A stretch of DNA of 64,000 bases from an uncultured Acidobacteriota bacterium (GCA_963741955.1 CAVUKB010000001.1:1-64000), one strand, 5' to 3'; shown: positions 50,920 through 61,941, counted from the stretch's first letter. A program made the numbers and translations. The notes: generated by a model from the sequence alone, not told the origin.

Positions 50920-51312
50920 TCAGGTCCGGGGCGGGAGCTGGACCGGTGCGGAGAGTTTCTCCGTGATCGTTTCCACGAGCTCCGCGATCGTGATGGGCTT
51001 GAAAAGCACGCCGAGGACCGCGTGGTGCATGTCTTCCGTCTCCTCGATCGAATGACCGGTCAGAACGATGACCGGAATCATGTCACTGCCGTCCACGGGA
51101 TTGATCTTCTCGAGCAGCTCCCATCCGCTCATGACCGGCATGATGAGATCGAGGAGAACGAGATCGGGGCGTTCGTGCTCGACGCGGGTGAGCGCCTCGG
51201 CACCATTCGCGGCCAGCTTCACCTCGAATCCACGGCGGTTCAGACCGAGCGCATACAGCCGGCGGAGCTCGGGGTTGTCTTCCACGACGAGGATCTTCAG
51301 CCGGCCCTTCAT
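50920..51312 (-). CDS. Single-domain response regulator
   Basis: ILVVED, LLDLIMPVMSG, VLTG, FKP. Confidence 0.88.
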   Translation of the reverse strand: MKGRLKILVVEDNPELRRLYALGLNRRGFEVKLAANGAEALTRVEHERPDLVLLDLIMPVMSGWELLEKINPVDGSDMIPVIVLTGHSIEETEDMHHAVLGVLFKPITIAELVETITEKLSAPVQLPPRT

Positions 51313-51467
51313 CTCCCACTTCAGCCGTGCAGTTTCCATGCACATGGAGTCCGGACGGCACGGAGTGGATGCGGAGGCTCCTTCCGTTCGGTTGTTCCGA
51401 TTCGCAAAACTTCCAAAGCTCTCAACCTCCCGACCGCTGGGTTAGAATCTCGGGCCGAGGAGAAACG

Positions 51468-51902
51468 ATGCGAGCCGACTGGCACGAGTACTTCATGGGG
51501 ATCGCCCGGCAGGCGGCGACCCGATCGACATGTCCCCGGAAGCATGTGGGCGCGGTGATCGTCCGTGACCGGACAGTCCTCTCGACCGGATACAACGGAT
51601 CGATCCGAAGCATGCCGCACTGCGACGACGTCGGCTGCATGATGGAGGACGGGCATTGCGTGGCGACGGTGCACGCCGAAGCGAACGCGATTCTGCAAGC
51701 CGCGAAGAACGGTGTATCGATCGATGGCGCGGAGCTCTACACGACCGCGTCTCCCTGCTGGGGATGCTTCAAGCTGATCGCGAACGCCGGGATCAGGCGC
51801 ATCTACTACGGCGAGTTCTACCGCGAGGAACGTTCTCGTGAAGTTGCTCCGAAGCTGGGGATCGAGCTCGTCGACCTGGAGATGAGGGAAGGCGGCGCGT
51901 GA
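51468..51902 (+). CDS. dCMP deaminase (ComEB-like)
   Basis: TGYNG, VHAEANA, PCWGC; SD GAGGAG. Confidence 0.9.
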   Translation: MRADWHEYFMGIARQAATRSTCPRKHVGAVIVRDRTVLSTGYNGSIRSMPHCDDVGCMMEDGHCVATVHAEANAILQAAKNGVSIDGAELYTTASPCWGCFKLIANAGIRRIYYGEFYREERSREVAPKLGIELVDLEMREGGA

Positions 51903-52516
51903 TTCTGGCCGTCGACAGCTCATTGCCGCTCTTTTCCGTGGCACTGGTGGAGAACGGCATGGCCGTCGCCGCGCTCCTTCTCGAGGGGCGGGAGTCGCGG
52001 AACGAGAAGCTTCTCCCGTCGATCGACTGGCTCTTCGCGGAGAGCGGGAGCTCGCGGGAGCGCCTCACGCTGCTGGTGACGACGAGAGGTCCCGGATCGT
52101 TCACCGGAGTCCGGGTCGGGATGGCGACGGTGAGCGGGTTGGCGATGGCCCTGGCGATTCCGGTGTGCGCGCTCTCGACCCACGAAGCGATGCTGGCCGG
52201 TGCGTCGCGGGACGCGCTGGTGTACAACGATGCGGGGCGCGGAGAATTTTACGTCTCCGGTTTCCGCGAGGGACGCGAGGTGCTCGCTCCCGCGCTGATG
52301 GGGAAAGATCGACTGGACGAGCTTCGCGGAGAATGGGACGAGTCGATCGACATCGCCGTGGCACTGAAGACGCAGAATCCCGCGTTGAACGCCGCTCTTG
52401 CGGCGGAGAAGATCTCGGCCCGGCGAGACCTCGATCGATATTCCGATACGAGTCCGATCTATGTTCGACTGGCAGAGGCAGAAATCCGGCTCCGGCAGCG
52501 AGACGCTGCCCGCTGA
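51899..52516 (+). CDS. tsaB: tRNA t6A biosynthesis protein TsaB
   Basis: ILAVDSS, GPGSFTGVRVG, PIYVR. Confidence 0.9.
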   Translation: MILAVDSSLPLFSVALVENGMAVAALLLEGRESRNEKLLPSIDWLFAESGSSRERLTLLVTTRGPGSFTGVRVGMATVSGLAMALAIPVCALSTHEAMLAGASRDALVYNDAGRGEFYVSGFREGREVLAPALMGKDRLDELRGEWDESIDIAVALKTQNPALNAALAAEKISARRDLDRYSDTSPIYVRLAEAEIRLRQRDAAR

Positions 52517-52955
52517 GGTCCGGATCTCGAAGGCGACCGACGCCGACGTGGCGGAGGTGTACGTACTCGAAAGAGAGTGCTTCCCTGCGCCGTGGAAGCG
52601 GGAGTTCTTCGAGAGTGAGGTCCGCGCCTCGGGACGGTTCAACCTCGTGGCGAGAGATTCACGCGGAAGCCTGATCGGGTATCTCTTCGGGATGCATTTC
52701 CTCGACGAGATGCACATCAACAAGATCGCGGTGGCGGAGAGTCACCGGCGTCACGGCATCGCCACGATCCTGATGGAGCGCTGCTTCGAGTTCGCGCGGG
52801 AGCGGCATCTCCGTTCCATCAGTCTCGAGGTGCGCGAAATGAACCAGGGAGCGCAGGACTTTTACCGCCGTCTCGCATTTCACGACAGTTACCGGCGCCC
52901 GCGGTACTATCCCGATGGCGAGGCCGCAGTGGTGATGACCAGGAGCATGGGGTAG
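52461..52955 (+). CDS. rimI: Ribosomal-protein alanine N-acetyltransferase
   Basis: FPAPW, HINKIAV..RRHGIA, LEVR..N..A..FY, RPRYY; follows tsaB; start uncertain. Confidence 0.85.
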   Translation: MFDWQRQKSGSGSETLPAEVRISKATDADVAEVYVLERECFPAPWKREFFESEVRASGRFNLVARDSRGSLIGYLFGMHFLDEMHINKIAVAESHRRHGIATILMERCFEFARERHLRSISLEVREMNQGAQDFYRRLAFHDSYRRPRYYPDGEAAVVMTRSMG

Positions 52956-53040
52956 TACGGATCTGCTCCGAACGGACGAGCGGGAGATTCAGCGACGGCT
53001 TCCGGTGCTTCTGCGGTGCAGCTCGGGGGCACGATCCCAT

Positions 53041-53186
53041 TTGCGCGATTTGCGCGATTTGCGCGAATTGCGCGAATTGCGCGAGTCAGGCGTGAGCCCG
53101 CGCTTTCCGAAGAAGAGGTTCGAGTCCGGTATCACCACGAGACCACCGTCGTGGAGCGGTCCTCAAAGATCGCGCAATTCGCGCAA
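53041..53186. repeat. Inverted nonamer arrays TTGCGCGA(T/A)x5 and TCGCGCAA x2
   Basis: 53041-53084 and 53170-53186 around a short spacer. Confidence 0.8.
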
Positions 53187-53324
53187 GTGAGCACCTGATC
53201 TCTCAGCACTCGCGTAGCGTCGAGGACGCGTAGCGTCGAGGAGATCGCGATCGCAGGAATCCCGAGCCCCGCTCCTTCGTTGCGGCGCACGAGCGGCCCG
53301 GCAGCGGCCGGTTGGAGTGAATGG

Positions 53325-55001
53325 ATGGCTGTGACGATCGAAGCGACGGAGACGCCGGTGCGCTGGACCGCGTTGAAAGCGGCAGCTCTGCTGCTGCTCG
53401 TGACTTTCCTTCTGGGGTACCGCCTCGGAAGCGTTCCCCTTTTCGATCCCGACGAAGGCCGGAACGCGGAAGTGGCGCGCGAGATGGCGGTCAGCGGGGA
53501 CTTCGTTCTTCCCACTCTGAACGGGCTTCCCTATCTCGACAAGCCGATCGTTCTCTTCGCTGCCGAAGCAGTGGCGATGAAGACGTTCGGAGCGAATGAG
53601 ATGGCGGCGCGTCTTCCGTCGCTCCTCTTCGCACTGGCGACGGTTCTTCTCATTGCCTGGTTCGGAACCCGTCACTTCGGGCTCGAGCGCGGTCTCCTCG
53701 CCGGGTGGGTCGCGGCGGCATCCCCGCTCCTGGTCGCGTTCTCACGAATCGTCATCTTCGATACCGGTCTGACGTTTTTCATCACGTTCTCCATCCTCGC
53801 CCTTTACGAAGCGGTCGTGGCAGGGGAGAGGCGCGCCGGCGAAGGGTGGCGTCTCGCCGCGTGGGCCTCGATGGCGCTCGGCGTGCTGATGAAAGGGCCG
53901 GTGGCTCTCGCACTCCCGGCGATGGTGCTGATTCCCTTCGCCTGGCGCTCCGGTCGCATCCGGGACCTGGCCAGTGTCTGGTCGGCGCTTCTCTTCTCCG
54001 TCGTGCTGGCGCCGTGGCTGGTTCTGGTCTCGCTCCGCATCCCGGACTTTCTCGATTACGCGCTGGTGACGGAGACGGTCTCCCGCCTGACGACGAACGA
54101 GTTGAAGCGGCAGGGTCCGATCTGGTACTTCGTTCCGTACCTGATCGGCGGCTTCTTTCCCTGGATTCTTCTCCTCGCGGCGAACGCGAAGCGGATCATC
54201 CGCGACGAACGGAAAACGCCTCAGGGTTGGCTGTTCGTCCTCTGGATCGCAGTTCCGTTCATCTTCTTCTCGCTATCGCATTCGAAGCGACCGCAGTACA
54301 TCCTCCCTCTCGTCGCGCCGATTGCGCTGCTGACGGCGCTGGTCGCGCCGCGTGCGCTGCGGCTGACCGGCGCTCGCGTAGCCGCCGTCGCATACGTTCT
54401 GTTCGGCGGGGCAGTCACCGCGGCGGCGTTCGTTCCCCGTCTCACGTCGCGGGTGCCGGCGGCCGATCTCCAGTCGCTGCGAATGGCTGTGCTGGCGCTC
54501 GGTGTGGTGATGATCGTCGCCGGTATCCTCGCCTGGAGTATCCGGGAGTGGCGCGGGGCGGCCGGAGCACTCGGGCTGCCGGTGCTGCTGATTCCGGCGC
54601 TGACCATGCCGATTCTCCTCTACGTCGGCCACCAGAGATCGATGCGGGAAGTCGCTGCCGTCATTCCTCTGCATGCAGAAGTCGTCTCGGTCGGCACATT
54701 CGAGCCCTCCCTCGCGTTCTACACCGGGGAGCCGATGAGCGTGGCGACGAACGACGGCGACGAGTTCCGCAGCAACTACCTGGTGCGGCATCCCGCTCTT
54801 CTGAAGGCAAGCCCGGACATTCTCCTTCCGGAAACGAAGTGGGAGAATGTGATGGCGCTTTGCGCGGAGCCGACGGTCTTCGTAGTGGGGAGAAAGGCGG
54901 CGGCGCGCACGGTTCTGAGCGGGCAGCTCCCTCTGCTGCACCAGGACCGCGATATCGAGGTGTATGGTCCGTGCCGCGCAGGTGCGGGGCGGGCGGAGTG
55001 A
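53325..55001 (+). CDS. ArnT/GT39-like polytopic glycosyltransferase
   Basis: DPDEGRNAEVAREM, YLDKP, ARLPS, KGPVA, SKRPQYILP. Confidence 0.88.
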   Translation: MAVTIEATETPVRWTALKAAALLLLVTFLLGYRLGSVPLFDPDEGRNAEVAREMAVSGDFVLPTLNGLPYLDKPIVLFAAEAVAMKTFGANEMAARLPSLLFALATVLLIAWFGTRHFGLERGLLAGWVAAASPLLVAFSRIVIFDTGLTFFITFSILALYEAVVAGERRAGEGWRLAAWASMALGVLMKGPVALALPAMVLIPFAWRSGRIRDLASVWSALLFSVVLAPWLVLVSLRIPDFLDYALVTETVSRLTTNELKRQGPIWYFVPYLIGGFFPWILLLAANAKRIIRDERKTPQGWLFVLWIAVPFIFFSLSHSKRPQYILPLVAPIALLTALVAPRALRLTGARVAAVAYVLFGGAVTAAAFVPRLTSRVPAADLQSLRMAVLALGVVMIVAGILAWSIREWRGAAGALGLPVLLIPALTMPILLYVGHQRSMREVAAVIPLHAEVVSVGTFEPSLAFYTGEPMSVATNDGDEFRSNYLVRHPALLKASPDILLPETKWENVMALCAEPTVFVVGRKAAARTVLSGQLPLLHQDRDIEVYGPCRAGAGRAE

Positions 55002-55009
55002 ACTGAACG

Positions 55010-56899
55010 ATGTGCGGACTGTATGGGATGGTGTCGATGGCGGGCCGACCGCTCCGGTATCCGGAGCTGGCCGACCGGATGGGAGAGACTCTCCACCATC
55101 GCGGACCCGACAATCACGGACTCCTCACCTCACCCGTGGCTTCGCTCGGCGTTCAGCGTCTCCGGATCATCGACATCGCGGCGCGCGCCGACCAGCCGTT
55201 CACCGATCCCAGCGGCCTGGTCTGGCTCGCCTGCAACGGTGAGATCTACAACGCTTCGGAGATCCGCGGCCGCTACTCCGATTACCCCTACCGCTCCTCC
55301 TCCGACGTCGAATCGATTCTTCCGCTCTATCTCCAGAAAGGGATCGCGGGCGTCTCGGAGCTCGACGGAATGTTCGGGATTGCGATCTGGGACAGCCGGA
55401 TCGAAAAGCTCTTTCTGGTCCGAGACCGGGCCGGAGAGAAGCCTCTCTTTTACGCCGAGGTCGACGGAGAGATCTGGTTCGCTTCGGAGATTCAGGCGCT
55501 GCTCGAGCATCCGACTCTGAGCCGCGAGATCGACCACGATTCGGTTCGCGATTTCCTCTCCCTCGGATACGTACTGGAGCCGAAGACTCTGTTTCGCGGG
55601 ATCCGCCGGGTCGAGGCGGGATCGTTCCACGAGATCGATTCCGATGGCGCGCGTGAGCATCGTTACTGGGACGCATCGTCGTTCGCGGTCCAGCCGACAG
55701 GTCCGGCCGACGCCGAAGAGCAGCTCGCGGAGCTGTTCGAGGCGGCAGTCGAGCGGCAGACCATCTCCGATGCGCCGATCGGCGTCTTCATGAGCGGCGG
55801 TCTCGACTCGTCGCTCCTGGCAGCGCTCGTCGCACGGAGAGTGGGCGCGGATCGCATCCATACCTACACCGCGCGTTTCACCGAAGAGTCGTACGACGAG
55901 AGTGTGGAAGCGGAAGTGTTCGCGAGATCACTCGGGACGCATCACGTCAGTGTTCCCGCCGGAATCGACGAGCTGCTCCTCGCAGTCGAAAACGTGGTGA
56001 ATCGGATCGCGGAACCGATGGCCGACCCTGCGGTGCTTCCGACCTGGCTTCTCGCGCGGCGTGCGTCGAAGGACGTTCGCGTGGTCCTCGCCGGTGAAGG
56101 AGCCGACGAGCTCTTCGGCGGATATCCGACCTATCTCGGACACAAGTTCGCTCCGATCTTCGGCGGGTTGCCTTCCCCTTTGCGTCGCGGCATCTCGCGT
56201 GCGGTCGGGCTTCTGCCGTCGAGCCAGTCGAAGGTGCCGCTCGAATTTCTCCTGAAGCGTTTCGTCACCGGCGCCGAGCTCCCGTGGCTGGAAAGACACC
56301 TTCGGTGGTTCGGGACCGGAGCGCCGTGGAGCGAGAACCGCTTCGAGCCGGAATACGGAAGCATTCCCGACGCCCTCGCCGGCGCGATGCTGCTCGACTA
56401 CCACAGCTATCTCCGCGACAACCTGCTGGTGAAGATCGACCGAGCGACCATGCTCGAATCGGTCGAATCGCGTGCGCCGTATCTCGATCGTGCACTGACG
56501 CGTTTCGCCTTCTCGCTGCCCACCGCGCTCCGGCTTCGCGGGACCGAGACGAAGTGGCTTCTGAAGCGCGCGTCACTTCGCTGGCTTCCGCGCGAGCTCG
56601 TCTACCGCCGGAAGCGCGGACTGAGCGTTCCGGTGGCTTCGATGATCAACCACCAGCTTAGTGGCGACGTCGACCGTCTTCTTCTCTCCCCATCGATGGA
56701 AGAAGCCGGATGGCCGGGACGGGCATCGATCGAGAGGCTGCTCGCGGAACATCGCAGCGGCCACGCGAATCATGCCCGCGCGATCTGGCCGCTTTACATG
56801 CTGCTGCGATGGGCCGAGCGATGGAACGTCTCTCTCTTCGACTCGCGCCGTGCCGAAGACGAGCCGCGAGAGGCGCGGTTCGTCGAATCGCTCGTCTGA
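55010..56899 (+). CDS. asnB: Asparagine synthase (glutamine-hydrolysing) family amidotransferase
   Basis: MCG, HRGPD, NGEIYN, SGGLDSS, GEGADELFGGY, KIDRATM. Confidence 0.92.
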   Translation: MCGLYGMVSMAGRPLRYPELADRMGETLHHRGPDNHGLLTSPVASLGVQRLRIIDIAARADQPFTDPSGLVWLACNGEIYNASEIRGRYSDYPYRSSSDVESILPLYLQKGIAGVSELDGMFGIAIWDSRIEKLFLVRDRAGEKPLFYAEVDGEIWFASEIQALLEHPTLSREIDHDSVRDFLSLGYVLEPKTLFRGIRRVEAGSFHEIDSDGAREHRYWDASSFAVQPTGPADAEEQLAELFEAAVERQTISDAPIGVFMSGGLDSSLLAALVARRVGADRIHTYTARFTEESYDESVEAEVFARSLGTHHVSVPAGIDELLLAVENVVNRIAEPMADPAVLPTWLLARRASKDVRVVLAGEGADELFGGYPTYLGHKFAPIFGGLPSPLRRGISRAVGLLPSSQSKVPLEFLLKRFVTGAELPWLERHLRWFGTGAPWSENRFEPEYGSIPDALAGAMLLDYHSYLRDNLLVKIDRATMLESVESRAPYLDRALTRFAFSLPTALRLRGTETKWLLKRASLRWLPRELVYRRKRGLSVPVASMINHQLSGDVDRLLLSPSMEEAGWPGRASIERLLAEHRSGHANHARAIWPLYMLLRWAERWNVSLFDSRRAEDEPREARFVESLV

Positions 56900-58081
56900 T
56901 CACTCCTCGCGAATCGCGGCGATCGGATCGAGCTTGGACGCGACCCGTGCCGGATAGAGCGTCGCCACGACAGAGAGGACGATCGCGACGAGATTCACTC
57001 CGATCACGTCCGTTGCGTCGATCTTGAACGGCAGCCACGAGAGGTAGTAGACGTCCTGCGGGAGCGGGACGAGATGGAAATGGTTCGCGGCCCAGGCGAG
57101 CCCCAGCCCCGCGACATTTCCCAGAACCGTCCCCGCAATTCCGATCAGGAGTCCCACCGTCATGTAGATGCCGAGGATCGATCGTTCCGAAGCGCCGAGA
57201 GTGCGAAGCACGCCGACCTGAGGTCGCTTCTCGACGATCATCATCGAGAGCGACGAGACGAGATTGAGCGCCGCCACGAAGACGATCAGAGAGATGGTCA
57301 GGAACATGACGATCTTTTCGAGCCGGAGCGCGAGGAAGAGCGGGCGGTTGATCTCCTTCCAGCTCTGGAACCGGAGAGCCCCGTACTTCGCGCCGAGCTG
57401 CTTCTGCGCCTCTTCGACTCTGTCGAGGGACCTGGTGTAGACGGAGATCGAAGTCGGATTCCCGCCGGTATCGAAGAGCCGCGTTGCCGCCTCGAACGGG
57501 AGTCGTGCCGAGGGATCGGTCTCGGATGTCGTGGTGGGGAGAAGGCCTCCTACGCGGTACTTCTTCCAGACCGGCACCGGGCCGAACGGCGTGAGCTCGG
57601 TCCGTGGAGCCACGATGATGATGTCGCTGCCGGTGTCGGTTCCCATCGCAGCGGCGAGATCGCGAGTGAGGTAGATCGCCCCTTCGGAATCGAGAGGGGC
57701 GCCGGACGGCGGGAACGATCCGATCCGGACCGGGCGGCCGCGTCCCGCGCGCCGGTTGGTCGCCCACGCGAACCCGGAGATCTCGGGGCGGATCGTCTCG
57801 AATCCGTAGTGCTCGAGATCGGCGAGCACTTTTTGCGAATCGGCGATCGACGTCCCGGAGGCCGGCTCGATCAGGAGCTGCGGGCTCGCAGCGATCAGAC
57901 GCGATTTGATCTCTCCCTGCAGACCGGAGAGGAGCGCGAGCGAAATGATCAGAGTGAAGACGCCGACTGCGAGACCGAGCATGCTGATCCCGGAGAGGAA
58001 CGCCGTGTGGACGCGCTTGCGTGCGGTCCAGAGATAGCGGAGCGCGATCCGCAGCTCGTAGCGATTCGGCGAGAACGGCAT
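56900..58081 (-). CDS. LolC/E-type lipoprotein-release ABC permease
   Basis: IALRYL, LRLEK.VM, VGVLRTLGA, LYPARVASKLDP. Confidence 0.88.
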   Translation of the reverse strand: MPFSPNRYELRIALRYLWTARKRVHTAFLSGISMLGLAVGVFTLIISLALLSGLQGEIKSRLIAASPQLLIEPASGTSIADSQKVLADLEHYGFETIRPEISGFAWATNRRAGRGRPVRIGSFPPSGAPLDSEGAIYLTRDLAAAMGTDTGSDIIIVAPRTELTPFGPVPVWKKYRVGGLLPTTTSETDPSARLPFEAATRLFDTGGNPTSISVYTRSLDRVEEAQKQLGAKYGALRFQSWKEINRPLFLALRLEKIVMFLTISLIVFVAALNLVSSLSMMIVEKRPQVGVLRTLGASERSILGIYMTVGLLIGIAGTVLGNVAGLGLAWAANHFHLVPLPQDVYYLSWLPFKIDATDVIGVNLVAIVLSVVATLYPARVASKLDPIAAIREE

Positions 58082-58246
58082 GTCGCGGAGATTCTACGAC
58101 ACGTCATGGTCGCAAGCTCAGCCCCCATGGGCCGAAGCCAATTGAAGTCGCCCATGTCACCCGCCGGAAGCGAAGGCTGCCGTTCGAGCGTGTGCGGCGT
58201 ACATCGATATGGGATTATGGGTCATGCTGAGATTGTTTTCCGGGTC

Positions 58247-58501
58247 ATGAAGAACTCGAAGACGACCGTCGAGATCCGTAAGCCCCTGCTGGATGCAGCG
58301 CGCAAAGTCGCGGTTCGTGAAGGCATATCGCTGCGAGCGCTGATCGAACAGGGTCTGGAACACGCGATTCAGGAGCACAAGGCGACCAAGCCCTTCCGGC
58401 TCCGGAGAGCGACATTTCGAGGACGTGGCCTCCAGAAAGGCGTGCGGGAAGGAGATTGGAGCGATCTCAGAGACCGGATCTACGAAGGGCGTGGGACGTG
58501 A
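58247..58501 (+). CDS. VapB-type antitoxin (RHH)
   Basis: KTTVEI..LL..ARK.A..EG.SLRALIEQGL; GTGA overlap with PIN toxin. Confidence 0.8.
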   Translation: MKNSKTTVEIRKPLLDAARKVAVREGISLRALIEQGLEHAIQEHKATKPFRLRRATFRGRGLQKGVREGDWSDLRDRIYEGRGT

Positions 58502-58932
58502 TCGCAGTCGACACGAATATCCTCGTCTACGCACACCGGGAAGACTCGCAGTGGCACGAGGCCGCATGGGAGGCGCTGCACAGTCTGGCGGAAGGGGTGC
58601 GGCCGTGGGCCATTCCATGGCCTTGCGTCCACGAGTTTCTCGCGATCGTCACGCACCCGAAGATCTACGATCCTCCCACTCCGCGGGCGAAGGCGATCGA
58701 GCAGGTGGAGAGCTGGCTCGAGTCTCCCACCCTGAAGCTCCTTTCGGAGGAGCCTGGGTACTGGGAACGGCTCCGCCTTCTGATCACGGCGGCGCGCGTG
58801 GAGGGACCGATGATCCACGATGCGCGGGTCGCGGCACTCTGTCTGTTCTGGGAAGTTCGCGAGCTCTGGACGACGGACCGCGATTTTTCGCGATTCGCCG
58901 ATCTGCGCGTGCGGAACCCGCTGGTGCGGTGA
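58498..58932 (+). CDS. vapC: VapC PIN-domain toxin
   Basis: IAVDTNILVYA, HEF, HDARVAA, TTDRDF. Confidence 0.9.
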   Translation: MIAVDTNILVYAHREDSQWHEAAWEALHSLAEGVRPWAIPWPCVHEFLAIVTHPKIYDPPTPRAKAIEQVESWLESPTLKLLSEEPGYWERLRLLITAARVEGPMIHDARVAALCLFWEVRELWTTDRDFSRFADLRVRNPLVR

Positions 58933-58994
58933 GCACGTCGAGCATCCCTTCCGGGGTAAGGTCGGTTGATCCACCAGCGCAGCATGATCGCCCG

Positions 58995-59071
58995 CCCGAG
59001 CCCCGAGCCCCGAGCCCCGAGTCTCGAGCCTCGAGCCTCGAACCTCGAGCCTCGAACCTCGAGCCCCGCGC
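58995..59071. repeat. C(C/T)CGA(G/A)C heptamer array, about 11 units
   Basis: Graded tandem units ending just before the lysS stop. Confidence 0.88.
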
Positions 59072-59072
59072 C

Positions 59073-60650
59073 TTATCGCGGCCGCATCAGCGGGAAGAGA
59101 ATGACATCCCGGATCGACGGCGAGTCGGTCAGGATCATCGCGATGCGGTCCATCCCGATTCCCTCGCCGGCGGTGGGCGGCATGCCGTACTGCAGCGCAC
59201 GCACGTAGTCCTCGTCCATCTGGTGTGCCTCGTCGTCGCCGTGGGCGCGCTCGCCCAGCTGCTGGAGGAACCGCCGCTCCTGCTCGTCCGGGTCGTTGAG
59301 CTCCGAGAACGCGTTCGCCACTTCCATCCCGCCGATGTAGAGCTCGAACCGCTCGACATACCGCGGATCGTCCTTCCTCTGCTTCGAGAGGGGGGAGACT
59401 TCCACCGGAAAATCGGTGATGAAGGTCGGTTCGATCAGAAACTCCTCGGCGAAGCTCTCGAAGATCTCCGCGATGATCTTCCCGTCGTTCATCTCTTCGA
59501 GCGGCGGCGCTCCGGCAGTGATCGGCCCTTCCGTCGCATCGGATTTCACATGACGCGGCTCGCCGTACCTGCGCGCGAGCTCGATCAGTGACGCGCGGTT
59601 CTCCAGCGACTGCGGATCGATGGTGATCTCCTTCCGCGCGGCGAAGTGGACGATGGCCTCCTTCATGGTGAAGCGGGCGAAGGGAGGAGTGAAGTCGATC
59701 TCATTGCCGCGGAAGGTGAGCCGGGTCGAGCGATGAATCTCCATCACCAGCCCCGCCAGGAGCGACTCGGTGAGGTTCATCAGGTCGCGGTAATCCGCGT
59801 ACGACTGGTAGAACTCGAGCATGGTGAACTCGGGATTGTGCCGGACCGAGATGCCTTCGTTGCGGAAATTGCGGTTGATCTCGTAGACGCGATCGAGCCC
59901 GCCCACGATCAGCCGCTTCAGATAGAGCTCCGGCGCGATGCGGAGATAGAGGTCGATGTCGAGCGTGTTGTGATGGGTGATGAACGGCCGTGCCGCCGCA
60001 CCTCCGGCCAGCGGCTGCATCATCGGCGTTTCCACCTCGATGTATCCCCGCGCGTCGAAGAAGTTGCGGATGAAGCGGATCATCTGCGCCCGAATCTCGA
60101 ACGTCCGCTTCACGTCGTCATTGACGATCAGATCGAGGTATCTCTGCCGGTATCTCTGCTCCAGGTCGGTCAGTCCGTGCCATTTCTCGGGAAGAGGACG
60201 GAGCCCCTTCGCGAGAAATCCGAGGTTCGAGGCCTTGATCGAAAGCTCGCCCTTCCGGGTCCGGAAGACCGTTCCCTCGACGGAGATCCAGTCGCCGATG
60301 TCGAGGTTCTCGTACAGAGTCCACTCGTTTTCCGGGATCGAATCCTTCCGGCAATAGACCTGAATCCGCGCCATCCTCTCCGACAGATCGAGGAACGAGG
60401 TCTTCCCGTGGTGGCGGATGGTCATCACGCGTCCGGCGATCTTCACCTGCCGCGGATTCGCTTCGAGCACCTCTGCGGTCTGTCCCGCATGCGTCTCGAC
60501 CACCTCCGCGATGGTGGTGTCGGTCTCGGCCCTGGTAGGGTACGGGTCGAACCCGGCGTCCACGATGCGGGCGAGCTTCTCTCGCCGGATGCGAATCAGT
60601 TCGCTTTCCGGCGTTTCGGATGTCGGATCGGGTGCGTGTTCGTCGGACAC
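59073..60650 (-). CDS. lysS: Lysine--tRNA ligase (class II)
   Basis: [45 protein letters not shown]. Confidence 0.97.
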   Translation of the reverse strand: MSDEHAPDPTSETPESELIRIRREKLARIVDAGFDPYPTRAETDTTIAEVVETHAGQTAEVLEANPRQVKIAGRVMTIRHHGKTSFLDLSERMARIQVYCRKDSIPENEWTLYENLDIGDWISVEGTVFRTRKGELSIKASNLGFLAKGLRPLPEKWHGLTDLEQRYRQRYLDLIVNDDVKRTFEIRAQMIRFIRNFFDARGYIEVETPMMQPLAGGAAARPFITHHNTLDIDLYLRIAPELYLKRLIVGGLDRVYEINRNFRNEGISVRHNPEFTMLEFYQSYADYRDLMNLTESLLAGLVMEIHRSTRLTFRGNEIDFTPPFARFTMKEAIVHFAARKEITIDPQSLENRASLIELARRYGEPRHVKSDATEGPITAGAPPLEEMNDGKIIAEIFESFAEEFLIEPTFITDFPVEVSPLSKQRKDDPRYVERFELYIGGMEVANAFSELNDPDEQERRFLQQLGERAHGDDEAHQMDEDYVRALQYGMPPTAGEGIGMDRIAMILTDSPSIRDVILFPLMRPR

Positions 60651-60690
60651 GAAGTCTCCTTCGGTGAATGGTGCGGACGCAGCCGCGCAG

Positions 60691-61896
60691 TCACTTCATT
60701 TTCGAGAGCGCGTCGATGGCGCGCTCGATCGTCTGGGTCGAGGTGGAAAAGGACATTCTGAGGTGACCCTCACCGTGAGGGCCGAAGACCACGCCCGGAA
60801 CGGTCGCGATGTTCGTCCGGTCGAGAAGTGTGTCGAACGCGGTCCAGGAGTCTTCGCCGAGCCGTTCCCGCACGTCGAGAAAAAGATAGATCGCTCCGGC
60901 CGGCGGGACGCAGCGGAAGCCGGCGCGAATCAGTCCGGCGACGAGAAGGTCACGCCGTTCGCGGTAGTGCTCGAGGTTCTTTTCGAGATAATCCGAGCGG
61001 TCTGCGATCGCAGCGGCCGCGGCGAACTGAGTCGGGGTGGAGACGCCGTTCACGGAATTCAGAACCAGCTTCTTGAGCGAATCCATCCAGAGATCGGAGG
61101 CGACGACGTACCCCACGCGCCATCCCGTCATGGAGTAGCTCTTGCTCAGCGTGAAGCAGGTGATGGTCCGGTCGAGCATCCCGGGTAGCGAAGCGATCGA
61201 GACGTGCCGCCCGTCGTAGATCAGGTCTTCGTACGCTTCGTCCGCGATCACGACCAGGTCGTGCTCGACGGCCGCGCGCGCGATCGACTCGAGCTGTGGG
61301 CGCGAGAGGACGTCTCCGGTGGGGTTCGAGGGCGAATTGAGATAGAGCACCCGCGTGGCGGACGTGACGTGCCGGCGGATGACTTCGGCCGGATCCTCTT
61401 CGCGGATCGCCTCCCACGGGACGAGGAGCTGCTTCGCGCCGCAGTAGTTCACCAGCGACTGGATCGGAGTCCAGTAGGGGGAGAAGAACATGACCTCGTC
61501 GCCGGAGTCGACGGCCGCCTGGAAGGCGCAGAAGAGTCCGTGCATCCCTCCTGCGACGACGATCGCGTTCTTCCGGCCGAGCGGAATGCCGTTCCGGGTC
61601 GCCACTTTCTCCTCGATCGCTTCGAGAAGCGAAGGGATTCCGGAGGAAGGGGCGTAGCGAGTCTGGTTCTCGTCGAGCGCGCGCCTCATGGCGTCCTTGA
61701 CGAGCTCGGGAGTGGGACCGAACGGCTCGCCTCCCTGGAACTGCAATACGTCGACCCCGCGGCCGCGCAGCTCGATGACCCGGTTGCGGATCTTCACGAT
61801 GTCGGAAAAACCGAGCAGGGAAGTCCGCTCGGCAAGATGACTGGTCAGTCTCTCGTCTGCCACCTGCGCTGCCTCGTTTTTCTTTTGCCGGTCCAT
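60691..61896 (-). CDS. Aspartate aminotransferase-like PLP enzyme
   Basis: [30 protein letters not shown]. Confidence 0.9.
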   Translation of the reverse strand: MDRQKKNEAAQVADERLTSHLAERTSLLGFSDIVKIRNRVIELRGRGVDVLQFQGGEPFGPTPELVKDAMRRALDENQTRYAPSSGIPSLLEAIEEKVATRNGIPLGRKNAIVVAGGMHGLFCAFQAAVDSGDEVMFFSPYWTPIQSLVNYCGAKQLLVPWEAIREEDPAEVIRRHVTSATRVLYLNSPSNPTGDVLSRPQLESIARAAVEHDLVVIADEAYEDLIYDGRHVSIASLPGMLDRTITCFTLSKSYSMTGWRVGYVVASDLWMDSLKKLVLNSVNGVSTPTQFAAAAAIADRSDYLEKNLEHYRERRDLLVAGLIRAGFRCVPPAGAIYLFLDVRERLGEDSWTAFDTLLDRTNIATVPGVVFGPHGEGHLRMSFSTSTQTIERAIDALSKMK

Positions 61897-61941
61897 TCTT
61901 TCCTGCTCCGAAAGCGGGGCCCGATTGTAAGGGAAAGGGCG

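Noticed and set aside
53211-53242. 16-bp direct repeat CGCGTAGCGTCGAGGA x2
   Set aside because: Only two copies; most simply a local slippage duplication
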